A stretch of DNA of 64,000 bases from positions 1 through 64,000 of the forward strand of contig JBJTQJ010000004.1 of the NCBI GenBank assembly GCA_046075565.1, written 5' to 3'. Made by a program: the position numbers and the translations under genes. Source of the DNA: Verrucomicrobiales bacterium. GTDB lineage: Bacteria > Verrucomicrobiota > Verrucomicrobiia > Verrucomicrobiales > SLCJ01. Shown piece by piece: positions 34,784 through 45,300 of the stretch. The notes under the pieces are model-generated. The model did not search any database and was not told the origin of the DNA. It saw nothing but the letters and a program-made list of their open reading frames with translations. The number at the start of each line of letters is the position of its first letter. Within the stretch, counting starts at the first letter, position 1.

Positions 34784-34799
34784 AGCAGAACCCGTGCCG
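34784..34799 (-). promoter_or_regulatory. Possible sigma54 (-24/-12) promoter
   Basis: CGGCACG-GGTT-CTGCT, GG-N10-GC spacing, upstream of the ATP-grasp start. Confidence 0.4.
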
Positions 34800-34866
34800 G
34801 ATGGGGATATATTCAAGCAATCCCCGCGATTTTCCACCCCGGCCAGCCGATGGGCCGGGATTGCCA

Positions 34867-35523
34867 TCACTCGAGGGAGACGACCTCGTCGCCCTGCATG
34901 ATACTCTCCTTCGGGGCCATGGAGCCGGGAATCGGGGCGAGGGCCGCCTCGTTGTCCTCGATGCTGTCCCCGACGACCACCCGGCAGATGATCTTGTCTC
35001 CCCGACGAATGCGGAATTCATCCCGGGGTTCGATGTTCGCATTCCGGCCCGCCGACATGACGGCGACGCCATGCTCGGGGCTGACGAAGGTGATTTTGGC
35101 CAGCATGGGTGCCGACCGGATCTGGGCGATGCGTTGGTCGATCTGATGCTTCAGAGCTTCGTTTTCGCCGGCCATGCGGTCGCGTTCCTCGCTGGCGGCT
35201 TCACTCTGCAAGCGGAGGTTTTCCTTTTCGGCACGCATTTTTTCCAGTTCTTCCGTCACAATGCGGAGCCGTTGTTCCGCCGGCGTTTCTTCCCCGCCGG
35301 TCGTTGCGGTGGCCGGTTGGGCCGGGTTCGAGACGGGATTTCCGGCGGTGTTGTTTGCCGCGGGCGCGGTCGCTGGAGTGGACGTCTTCCCGGTGAGCGC
35401 CTCGATGAGTTTGGCCGTATCCTCGCGCTGCTGGCGCAGGTCCTGTTTGTTGCTCCACTGCGTGTAGCCGAAGACGGCTCCCAAGAGCAGGAGGATTCCA
35501 ATGAGGATGCGGGATTGGTTCAT
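34867..35523 (-). CDS. Hypothetical membrane-anchored coiled-coil protein
   Basis: N-terminal TM, Pro/Ala/Thr linker, coiled coil, beta-rich C-terminal domain. Confidence 0.75.
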   Translation of the reverse strand: MNQSRILIGILLLLGAVFGYTQWSNKQDLRQQREDTAKLIEALTGKTSTPATAPAANNTAGNPVSNPAQPATATTGGEETPAEQRLRIVTEELEKMRAEKENLRLQSEAASEERDRMAGENEALKHQIDQRIAQIRSAPMLAKITFVSPEHGVAVMSAGRNANIEPRDEFRIRRGDKIICRVVVGDSIEDNEAALAPIPGSMAPKESIMQGDEVVSLE

Positions 35524-35624
35524 CAGAAACCCATACACCTCCTCGGGGCCCGTGGCAAGCCGCTTCCGGGAAGATTCGGGGTTGAAGCCGGGCCCATCCT
35601 GCGGGTAAATGGGAAGTTCCGACC

Positions 35625-37208
35625 ATGCCCAGACTGCTTCCCATTTTCGCCCTTCTCATTGCCGCCGCCGCCCTGCGGTTCCATGACCTGCCCTCGCGGG
35701 TCATGCACACCGACGAGGCCATCCATGGGGTGACGGTCGGGCGTCTGCTCGCGGGCGAGGCTTTCAAATACGATCCCAAGGACTACCACGGCCCGACCTT
35801 GCACTACTCGACCCTGCCCGTGGCTTGGGCGCGCGGGCAGCACCGATTCCAGGATTTGGACGAAACAACCCTGCGCGGGGTGACGGCCGGCTACGGCGTG
35901 CTCCTCGTGCTGATGACTTTCCTTTTCCGGAAAGAGCTTGGCGAAGCAGGCGCCGCGTTCGGCGCGGTTTTGGTGGCGGTCTCGCCGATGATGGTTTTTT
36001 TCAGCCGCTACTACATCATGGAGTTGCCGTTCGCGGTTTTCCTCACGCTGCTTGGCTTCGCCTGCTGGCGCTTCACCACGGAGACCGAACCGCGACGGCG
36101 TCGCGTCTGGTGGATTCTAGCCGGGGTCTCGGCCGGGCTTCTGCATGCGACCAAGGAAACCTTCGTCCTGCACGTTGCGGCCATGGCACTTGCCGCCGCA
36201 ATCGCCGGTGGACGTGCGAGCATCACGGCTATCCCCGGATTCCTGCAGCGGCATTGGAAAGCCATCCTTGCCTCCTGTGTGCTGGGCTTTGTGCTTTCCG
36301 CGGCTTTGTTGAGCCATGGATTCCGCCGACCGGAAGCGATTTGGGACGGCATCCGCACCTATCTTCTTTATTTGAACCGGGCTGAAGGAACGGATGCCGG
36401 CCACAACCAACCATGGAATTACTATTTCGCGGTGCTGTTTTTCCTCAAGCCAAGCGGCGGGTTCTGGTATTCGGAGATTGGAGTGCTGATTCTCGGCCTC
36501 GCGGGAGCGGTGCGAGCATGGTGGCCCGGAGGTGGTGATGCAAAACGTTTTCCCCGCGCTCTCGCCGCCTACACCATCGCCACCATGGTGATTTATTCGG
36601 TGATCCCTTACAAGACCCCGTGGTCCTTCCTCGCCACCATGCATGGATTGATGCTGCTTTCCGGTTATGCCCTCGCGGGCTGCCTGCCAGATCGCAAAGC
36701 GGGCAAACCACCCGCTGCCAAACTCGCATTGATGGCCGCCGCGTGCCTGGCCTTTGCCGCAACCATCGCCCATGCTTTGCTCTACGACCGCAGAATGATC
36801 ACCGAGGCCCCGGCCGATCCCGAGCAACCCATGGTCTATGGACACACCAGCCAGGAAATCCTCGAACTGGCTCGCCAAATTTCCCAGCTCGAATCCTCCG
36901 AAGGCCGCACCCTCACGCTCGCCATCGGAGAAGAAGAAAATGGCTGGCCTCTGCCGTGGTATCGGAGGAAAGCACTCGGCTCGAACAGCTATGGCCGCAG
37001 CCTCCCCGACCTCAAGGAACCACCCGACATCGTGGCCGTATCCACGGACCATTTCCCCGACGCCGCCCAGGCTCTCTTCGCCACCCATCTCTGCAAGAAC
37101 TACGAAATCCGCCCCGGAGTCTCGCTCCATGTCTTTTTCAGGCGCAGCCTGGCCGGACTTCAGGAGCCCGCTACTCCCGTCATGAAGTCGCCCGACAAAG
37201 GATCTTGA
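35625..37208 (+). CDS. TIGR03663-like GT-C membrane protein
   Basis: MHTDEA, YDPKDYHGPTL, SRYYIME, ATKET, IPYKTPW. Confidence 0.8.
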   Translation: MPRLLPIFALLIAAAALRFHDLPSRVMHTDEAIHGVTVGRLLAGEAFKYDPKDYHGPTLHYSTLPVAWARGQHRFQDLDETTLRGVTAGYGVLLVLMTFLFRKELGEAGAAFGAVLVAVSPMMVFFSRYYIMELPFAVFLTLLGFACWRFTTETEPRRRRVWWILAGVSAGLLHATKETFVLHVAAMALAAAIAGGRASITAIPGFLQRHWKAILASCVLGFVLSAALLSHGFRRPEAIWDGIRTYLLYLNRAEGTDAGHNQPWNYYFAVLFFLKPSGGFWYSEIGVLILGLAGAVRAWWPGGGDAKRFPRALAAYTIATMVIYSVIPYKTPWSFLATMHGLMLLSGYALAGCLPDRKAGKPPAAKLALMAAACLAFAATIAHALLYDRRMITEAPADPEQPMVYGHTSQEILELARQISQLESSEGRTLTLAIGEEENGWPLPWYRRKALGSNSYGRSLPDLKEPPDIVAVSTDHFPDAAQALFATHLCKNYEIRPGVSLHVFFRRSLAGLQEPATPVMKSPDKGS

Positions 37209-37273
37209 ATCCCTAGCCCGTGCCACCGCGTTTCCACGGGAAATCCTGACTTTGCGGCGCAGGTTTTGCCCGG

Positions 37274-37636
37274 TTTTTCCCAAGTTATTCACAATTTACC
37301 GACATCCGACCCCGCAGACACGCATTTCGCGGAAATTCAAAGAGCGCTTTTCAGAAGCAAGAATTCCCCTTTGGCCCGCCAGGGAACCACTCCTTGGCCC
37401 CCAGAGAATCGGCGACCATTCTTGTGTTTATAGACAACTCAAAATCAATGGATTAGAGGAGAACCTGCCATTTGACATTCCCTCCCCTTGCACGTGGAAC
37501 ACCGATAGAATCAATGTGGAACGCTGATCCACCTTTCGCCAAGCCGATCATGCCATTTTCTCTGATTTGCAATGGGAATCCATTCATCGAATCAAGCCAA
37601 CCAGCTTGGTGACGTGCCCGTTTCGAGTTATTCACA
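37274..37636. promoter_or_regulatory. DnaA-box / IHF / parS-like cluster (oriC- or datA-like candidate)
   Basis: TTTTTCCCA 37274-37282, TTATTCACA 37285-37293 and 37628-37636, AATCAATGGATTA 37443-37455, CCTTGCACGTGGAACA 37486-37501. Confidence 0.45.
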
Positions 37637-37765
37637 TTCCGGGAGACCAGCGCTGGGCAGCAAGGAAAAATCCCGCATTTCCTGCCGAAACCATTCGACA
37701 GAAGGGCATGGATCCGCTGTATTTGCGCTCCGAATTCCCCCGCCATATTTCAACCACAGCAATCC

Positions 37766-39037
37766 ATGGCCTACCAGCACCTGACACCACCGACCACCGG
37801 CGAAACAATCCGCATTGAAAACGGCAAACTCGTCGTGCCCGACCATCCGATCATTCCCTTCATTGAAGGCGATGGCACCGGCCCCGATATCTGGCGCGCC
37901 TCCGTCCGCGTGCTCGATGCGGCCGTGGAAAAAGCCTACGCCGGCAAAAGAAAAATTTCCTGGTTCGAGGTCCTCGCCGGCGAAAAGGCGTTCAATCAGC
38001 TCGGCACTTGGCTGCCCGACGACACCCTGACCGCCTTCCGCGAATACCTCGTCGGCATCAAGGGTCCCCTCACCACCCCGGTCGGCGGCGGCATCCGTTC
38101 CCTCAACGTCGCCCTCCGCCAGATTCTTGACCTCTATGTCTGCCTGCGCCCGGTCCAGTATTTCACCGGCGTGCCCAGTCCGGTCAAACATCCGGAAAAA
38201 GTGGATATGGTCATTTTCCGTGAAAACACGGAGGACATCTACGCCGGCATCGATTTCCAGGCCGGGTCGGACAAAGCGCTCAAGACGCTCGAGTTCCTGA
38301 AGGCCAATTTCCCGGATGACTTCAAGAAGGTCCGTTTCGGAGCGGAAGACGTGGCCTCGGTCGGCGTCGGCTTCAAACCGGTTTCCCGTCCCGGCACCGA
38401 ACGCCTCGTGCGCTCGGCCATTGAATACGCCATCCGTTTCGGGCAGAAGAGCGTGACGATCGTGCACAAGGGCAACATCATGAAATACACCGAAGGCGCT
38501 TTCCGCGACTGGGGATATGATGTGGCCAAAAACGAATTCGGCGCGGTCGAACTTGATGGCGGACCATGGTGTGTCATTCCCGAAGGCAAGCCGGGTGCCG
38601 GTATCATCATCAAGGATGCCATAGCCGACATCACGCTCCAGCAGGTGCTCACCCGCCCTGAAGACTTCGATGTGATCGCCACCCTGAACTTGAACGGCGA
38701 TTACCTTTCCGACGCGCTCGCTGCGCAAGTCGGCGGCATCGGCATCGCTCCGGGCGGAAACATCAACTACATCACCGGACACGCCATCTTCGAGGCTACT
38801 CACGGCACCGCCCCCAAATACGCCAACCTCGATCAGGTCAATCCCGGCTCGGTCATCCTTTCCGGCGAAATGATGCTGCGCTACATGGGTTGGATCGAAG
38901 CGGCCGACCTCGTGCTCAAGGGACTCAATGGCGCCATCGACAGCAAGAAAGTTACCTACGATTTTGCCCGCCTCATGGAAGGCGCGACCAAGATCAAGTG
39001 CTCCGAGTTCGGAGACAACATCATCGCTCACCTCTGA
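37766..39037 (+). CDS. icd: NADP-dependent isocitrate dehydrogenase (homodimeric)
   Basis: [61 protein letters not shown]. Confidence 0.98.
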   Translation: MAYQHLTPPTTGETIRIENGKLVVPDHPIIPFIEGDGTGPDIWRASVRVLDAAVEKAYAGKRKISWFEVLAGEKAFNQLGTWLPDDTLTAFREYLVGIKGPLTTPVGGGIRSLNVALRQILDLYVCLRPVQYFTGVPSPVKHPEKVDMVIFRENTEDIYAGIDFQAGSDKALKTLEFLKANFPDDFKKVRFGAEDVASVGVGFKPVSRPGTERLVRSAIEYAIRFGQKSVTIVHKGNIMKYTEGAFRDWGYDVAKNEFGAVELDGGPWCVIPEGKPGAGIIIKDAIADITLQQVLTRPEDFDVIATLNLNGDYLSDALAAQVGGIGIAPGGNINYITGHAIFEATHGTAPKYANLDQVNPGSVILSGEMMLRYMGWIEAADLVLKGLNGAIDSKKVTYDFARLMEGATKIKCSEFGDNIIAHL

Positions 39038-39056
39038 GCGAAGAAAATTGTCGAAG

Positions 39057-39095
39057 AAAAATGGCGGGTTCCGTGAAGGGGCCCGCCATTTTTTT
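39057..39095 (+). terminator. Rho-independent (probably bidirectional) terminator after icd
   Basis: AAAAATGGCGGGTTCC-gtgaa-GGGGCCCGCCATTTTTTT. Confidence 0.85.
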
Positions 39096-39151
39096 GTGGT
39101 GAAGCGTGCGGAAAAGTCTTCCATGCACCGATCGATCTGCGCACAAAATCC

Positions 39152-39260
39152 GGAGGGACACGATCCCGCAGGGTCGTGTCCGTTGCCGGAGCGTGAAGGA
39201 CACAGAATCTCGTTCGAGCATCGGACTCTCCCCAATCGGAATGCGAAGGCATTTCGCTAC
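39152..39260. repeat. Two REP-like hairpins (GGAG-type and GTAG-type)
   Basis: GGAG-GGACACGATCC-CGCA-GGGTCGTGTCC (39152-39181, +); GTAG-CGAAATGC-CTTC-GCATTCCG (39237-39260, -). Confidence 0.6.
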
Positions 39261-39318
39261 CCTGGAGTTTCGCGCTTTTCTTTCTGCCGCGCCCGAAAGA
39301 TTCGCTCCCCGATTCCTG

Positions 39319-41268
39319 CTATGGCCGGTCCGATGATTTCACCAATCCCCGCAATCCGGCGGCATCGAGTTCGGCATTCGGTTTGAACCCATCTCCTTCC
39401 AGATAACGCAGGATGCTCGCGCGCATGTGCCGTGACGCGGGATCCGCGGCGGCCTCCTCGCGCAAATCAAATGCGCAGGCAAGCAGACGCCCTGGCCCGA
39501 CCTTGGCTTCGAACAAATACGCCAACGGACGATTGGTCACCCAATCATCAATGGGACGAACGATCACCGGATGCGATGGCAAATCGCGAAGAATGAAAGG
39601 CCGGGCGTTCCGTTGGACCGACCACCATTGCCAATTCGTGTGCTCACCGGTCGGGAAGGCGGCCAAAGCCGGATGCTTTTGATTAATCAAAAGACCGAGC
39701 GTGTGCGGCGGTTGCCAGTTTGTCCATGCCGTGTTCCAGAACATGGGAGAGAATCCCGCAACCAGCGGTCGTGCCGGATCATCGGCAATTGCCTCGGGCT
39801 CCGGCATCCACCAGACAACCTTACCTTCATCGAGAGCGCGGAGCGCATCCTCGAGCGAACGGGTTTCGACCACGGAAGGAGATCGCTCTGCCTTCACCGT
39901 TGGGTAGATGAAGACATCACAGTGGTTGCACAAGGTAAGGGTCTCGTCACCAACCACGAGTTGGGCCTGTATCGGCTTCAACACGGCGTTCAAAGGCACG
40001 CTGATCGAGCCGAGTTCATGCAACGCCCCGCGCTTGAGATCCCGTTTCGCGAGAGTTCCGCCCGCGAATGCCCGCCCATCCCAGCGCAGCTCCCATCTCG
40101 GGGTAAAGTCCGTGAAATCCGATGGCCCGAAATGGGAGAGCAACAATCGCGCGGTTAGGTTCTCGTCCGTTGACCAAATCAATTTCGGCAATTCAGCGAG
40201 TGGCACGACCGGACCGCTGAAGCGGGCGTATTCTTCAGCATTGATGTAACCTTTTTCATCCCAGAAGGCATCGAGCACTCCGACAAGGGCGGTTCCCTTG
40301 CCCGGAAAATCGTGCAAGTCGAGCAGTTGATATCCACCGAATCCGGGCGTGCGCAATGCGGCTTCGATATCATGTTTGTAACAAGCGGCCTGCCATTTTC
40401 CGGAAGCACGGAGAAAGTCCGGCGTGAGTTCGAGAATCTTATTGCGCCGGGCCGTCTCCCGGAAGATCTCGAAATTCCGCGCCTTGAAGTAGCCGGTGTA
40501 TTTTTCGATCTCTTTCAAATTGGGATAAACACACCACTGGCCAATCTCATGGGAGACAACGGGAGAATCGGGGTGTTTGCGGATAAATTCGCTCCAATTG
40601 AAATCGGTCGAAGGCGGCTGGGCATTGAGCCGGGATTTCAAGCGCTCGCCCCATCGTTGCAAACGCGGATCGGGGCTGCTGTGGAAATCCGAGCCGGCCG
40701 CAACAGGCCATCCGGCGCCGGTGGTGTAGGCGCGCCGTGAATCCTTGCTCTTCCACTTGGCCACAAAGTCCCGCAGCCACTTGACATGATTTTTCCCGGA
40801 AGGCTCATTGCCGTAGGCGAAAAGCAGGAAACTCGGATGGTTTCCGTAGGCCTCGACCATCCGTTCGGTTTCGCGTTCCATCCACACGTCGAGGGGACGT
40901 CCGCTCCCGATTTCCGCTCCTTCGTTGGCCCATGAGGACGCCTCCACTTGATAGTAGAATCCGAGTTGATCGGCGGCGAGGAAAGCCACCTCGGGCGGGC
41001 ACCATGAGTGGAACCGGATATGGTTCAATCCATGTGCCTTGCAAATCCGGATGATGCGTTTCCAGGATTCCACATCGGTTGGCGGATAACCGGTCAGGGG
41101 AAAAATGCAGCACTCGAGTGTTCCCCGGAGGAAAAGCGGAACACCGTTGAGTGTCCATTGCCCGCCGCTCGAACGGATCTCGCGGAAGCCGAAGGTTGTC
41201 GTTTTCTCGTCGACGGGCATATCGTCGCCGGTAAAGAGTCTTGCCCGCCCTTCATGAAGGGCGGGCAA
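39319..41268 (-). pseudogene. GH2 glycoside hydrolase, 5'-truncated at the palindrome axis
   Basis: FGFREI, LNGVPLFLRG, GLNHIRFHSW, NHPS...GNEP (acid/base), SHEIG; no signal peptide or N-terminal sugar-binding domain. Confidence 0.85.
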
Positions 41269-43190
41269 GACTCTTTACCGGCGACGATATGCCCGTCGAC
41301 GAGAAAACGACAACCTTCGGCTTCCGCGAGATCCGTTCGAGCGGCGGGCAATGGACACTCAACGGTGTTCCGCTTTTCCTCCGGGGAACACTCGAGTGCT
41401 GCATTTTTCCCCTGACCGGTTATCCGCCAACCGATGTGGAATCCTGGAAACGCATCATCCGGATTTGCAAGGCACATGGATTGAACCATATCCGGTTCCA
41501 CTCATGGTGCCCGCCCGAGGTGGCTTTCCTCGCCGCCGATCAACTCGGATTCTACTATCAAGTGGAGGCGTCCTCATGGGCCAACGAAGGAGCGGAAATC
41601 GGGAGCGGACGTCCCCTCGACGTGTGGATGGAACGCGAAACCGAACGGATGGTCGAGGCCTACGGAAACCATCCGAGTTTCCTGCTTTTCGCCTACGGCA
41701 ATGAGCCTTCCGGGAAAAATCATGTCAAGTGGCTGCGGGACTTTGTGGCCAAGTGGAAGAGCAAGGATTCACGGCGCGCCTACACCACCGGCGCCGGATG
41801 GCCTGTTGCGGCCGGCTCGGATTTCCACAGCAGCCCCGATCCGCGTTTGCAACGATGGGGCGAGCGCTTGAAATCCCGGCTCAATGCCCAGCCGCCTTCG
41901 ACCGATTTCAATTGGAGCGAATTTATCCGCAAACACCCCGATTCTCCCGTTGTCTCCCATGAGATTGGCCAGTGGTGTGTTTATCCCAATTTGAAAGAGA
42001 TCGAAAAATACACCGGCTACTTCAAGGCGCGGAATTTCGAGATCTTCCGGGAGACGGCCCGGCGCAATAAGATTCTCGAACTCACGCCGGACTTTCTCCG
42101 TGCTTCCGGAAAATGGCAGGCCGCTTGTTACAAACATGATATCGAAGCCGCATTGCGCACGCCCGGATTCGGTGGATATCAACTGCTCGACTTGCACGAT
42201 TTTCCGGGCAAGGGAACCGCCCTTGTCGGAGTGCTCGATGCCTTCTGGGATGAAAAAGGTTACATCAATGCTGAAGAATACGCCCGCTTCAGCGGTCCGG
42301 TCGTGCCACTCGCTGAATTGCCGAAATTGATTTGGTCAACGGACGAGAACCTAACCGCGCGATTGTTGCTCTCCCATTTCGGGCCATCGGATTTCACGGA
42401 CTTTACCCCGAGATGGGAGCTGCGCTGGGATGGGCGGGCATTCGCGGGCGGAACTCTCGCGAAACGGGATCTCAAGCGCGGGGCGTTGCATGAACTCGGC
42501 TCGATCAGCGTGCCTTTGAACGCCGTGTTGAAGCCGATACAGGCCCAACTCGTGGTTGGTGACGAGACCCTTACCTTGTGCAACCACTGTGATGTCTTCA
42601 TCTACCCAACGGTGAAGGCAGAGCGATCTCCTTCCGTGGTCGAAACCCGTTCGCTCGAGGATGCGCTCCGCGCTCTCGATGAAGGTAAGGTTGTCTGGTG
42701 GATGCCGGAGCCCGAGGCAATTGCCGATGATCCGGCACGACCGCTGGTTGCGGGATTCTCTCCCATGTTCTGGAACACGGCATGGACAAACTGGCAACCG
42801 CCGCACACGCTCGGTCTTTTGATTAATCAAAAGCATCCGGCTTTGGCCGCCTTCCCGACCGGTGAGCACACGAATTGGCAATGGTGGTCGGTCCAACGGA
42901 ACGCCCGGCCTTTCATTCTTCGCGATTTGCCATCGCATCCGGTGATCGTTCGTCCCATTGATGATTGGGTGACCAATCGTCCGTTGGCGTATTTGTTCGA
43001 AGCCAAGGTCGGGCCAGGGCGTCTGCTTGCCTGCGCATTTGATTTGCGCGAGGAGGCCGCCGCGGATCCCGCGTCACGGCACATGCGCGCGAGCATCCTG
43101 CGTTATCTGGAAGGAGATGGGTTCAAACCGAATGCCGAACTCGATGCCGCCGGATTGCGGGGATTGGTGAAATCATCGGACCGGCCATAG
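41241..43190 (+). pseudogene. GH2 fragment (mirror copy)
   Basis: Reverse complement of 39319-41268. Confidence 0.85.
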
Positions 43191-43471
43191 CAGGAATCGG
43201 GGAGCGAATCTTTCGGGCGCGGCAGAAAGAAAAGCGCGAAACTCCAGGGTAGCGAAATGCCTTCGCATTCCGATTGGGGAGAGTCCGATGCTCGAACGAG
43301 ATTCTGTGTCCTTCACGCTCCGGCAACGGACACGACCCTGCGGGATCGTGTCCCTCCGGATTTTGTGCGCAGATCGATCGGTGCATGGAAGACTTTTCCG
43401 CACGCTTCACCACAAAAAAATGGCGGGCCCCTTCACGGAACCCGCCATTTTTCTTCGACAATTTTCTTCGC

Positions 43472-44743
43472 TCAGAGGTGAGCGATGATGTTGTCTCCGA
43501 ACTCGGAGCACTTGATCTTGGTCGCGCCTTCCATGAGGCGGGCAAAATCGTAGGTAACTTTCTTGCTGTCGATGGCGCCATTGAGTCCCTTGAGCACGAG
43601 GTCGGCCGCTTCGATCCAACCCATGTAGCGCAGCATCATTTCGCCGGAAAGGATGACCGAGCCGGGATTGACCTGATCGAGGTTGGCGTATTTGGGGGCG
43701 GTGCCGTGAGTAGCCTCGAAGATGGCGTGTCCGGTGATGTAGTTGATGTTTCCGCCCGGAGCGATGCCGATGCCGCCGACTTGCGCAGCGAGCGCGTCGG
43801 AAAGGTAATCGCCGTTCAAGTTCAGGGTGGCGATCACATCGAAGTCTTCAGGGCGGGTGAGCACCTGCTGGAGCGTGATGTCGGCTATGGCATCCTTGAT
43901 GATGATACCGGCACCCGGCTTGCCTTCGGGAATGACACACCATGGTCCGCCATCAAGTTCGACCGCGCCGAATTCGTTTTTGGCCACATCATATCCCCAG
44001 TCGCGGAAAGCGCCTTCGGTGTATTTCATGATGTTGCCCTTGTGCACGATCGTCACGCTCTTCTGCCCGAAACGGATGGCGTATTCAATGGCCGAGCGCA
44101 CGAGGCGTTCGGTGCCGGGACGGGAAACCGGTTTGAAGCCGACGCCGACCGAGGCCACGTCTTCCGCTCCGAAACGGACCTTCTTGAAGTCATCCGGGAA
44201 ATTGGCCTTCAGGAACTCGAGCGTCTTGAGCGCTTTGTCCGACCCGGCCTGGAAATCGATGCCGGCGTAGATGTCCTCCGTGTTTTCACGGAAAATGACC
44301 ATATCCACTTTTTCCGGATGTTTGACCGGACTGGGCACGCCGGTGAAATACTGGACCGGGCGCAGGCAGACATAGAGGTCAAGAATCTGGCGGAGGGCGA
44401 CGTTGAGGGAACGGATGCCGCCGCCGACCGGGGTGGTGAGGGGACCCTTGATGCCGACGAGGTATTCGCGGAAGGCGGTCAGGGTGTCGTCGGGCAGCCA
44501 AGTGCCGAGCTGATTGAACGCCTTTTCGCCGGCGAGGACCTCGAACCAGGAAATTTTTCTTTTGCCGGCGTAGGCTTTTTCCACGGCCGCATCGAGCACG
44601 CGGACGGAGGCGCGCCAGATATCGGGGCCGGTGCCATCGCCTTCAATGAAGGGAATGATCGGATGGTCGGGCACGACGAGTTTGCCGTTTTCAATGCGGA
44701 TTGTTTCGCCGGTGGTCGGTGGTGTCAGGTGCTGGTAGGCCAT
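43472..44743 (-). CDS. icd: Isocitrate dehydrogenase (mirror copy)
   Basis: Identical translation to 37766-39037. Confidence 0.95.
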   Translation of the reverse strand: MAYQHLTPPTTGETIRIENGKLVVPDHPIIPFIEGDGTGPDIWRASVRVLDAAVEKAYAGKRKISWFEVLAGEKAFNQLGTWLPDDTLTAFREYLVGIKGPLTTPVGGGIRSLNVALRQILDLYVCLRPVQYFTGVPSPVKHPEKVDMVIFRENTEDIYAGIDFQAGSDKALKTLEFLKANFPDDFKKVRFGAEDVASVGVGFKPVSRPGTERLVRSAIEYAIRFGQKSVTIVHKGNIMKYTEGAFRDWGYDVAKNEFGAVELDGGPWCVIPEGKPGAGIIIKDAIADITLQQVLTRPEDFDVIATLNLNGDYLSDALAAQVGGIGIAPGGNINYITGHAIFEATHGTAPKYANLDQVNPGSVILSGEMMLRYMGWIEAADLVLKGLNGAIDSKKVTYDFARLMEGATKIKCSEFGDNIIAHL

Positions 44744-45300
44744 GGATTGCTGTGGTTGAAATATGGCGGGGGAATTCGGAGCGCAAATACAGCGGATCCA
44801 TGCCCTTCTGTCGAATGGTTTCGGCAGGAAATGCGGGATTTTTCCTTGCTGCCCAGCGCTGGTCTCCCGGAATGTGAATAACTCGAAACGGGCACGTCAC
44901 CAAGCTGGTTGGCTTGATTCGATGAATGGATTCCCATTGCAAATCAGAGAAAATGGCATGATCGGCTTGGCGAAAGGTGGATCAGCGTTCCACATTGATT
45001 CTATCGGTGTTCCACGTGCAAGGGGAGGGAATGTCAAATGGCAGGTTCTCCTCTAATCCATTGATTTTGAGTTGTCTATAAACACAAGAATGGTCGCCGA
45101 TTCTCTGGGGGCCAAGGAGTGGTTCCCTGGCGGGCCAAAGGGGAATTCTTGCTTCTGAAAAGCGCTCTTTGAATTTCCGCGAAATGCGTGTCTGCGGGGT
45201 CGGATGTCGGTAAATTGTGAATAACTTGGGAAAAACCGGGCAAAACCTGCGCCGCAAAGTCAGGATTTCCCGTGGAAACGCGGTGGCACGGGCTAGGGAT

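Noticed and set aside
37628-39235. 535-aa antisense ORF over icd and similar long shadow ORFs (9925-11382, 11532-12920, 3037-4137, 36117-37292)
   Set aside because: Antisense to well-supported genes; expected from GC-rich codon bias; no recognisable motifs.
41230-41280. Recognisable protelomerase target site at the axis
   Set aside because: GC-rich, inside coding sequence and unlike the AT-rich telomere sites I know; no resolvase gene nearby. Kept only as a low-probability alternative.
41008-41501. 135-aa ORFs crossing the palindrome axis
   Set aside because: Chimeric products of the fold-back junction.
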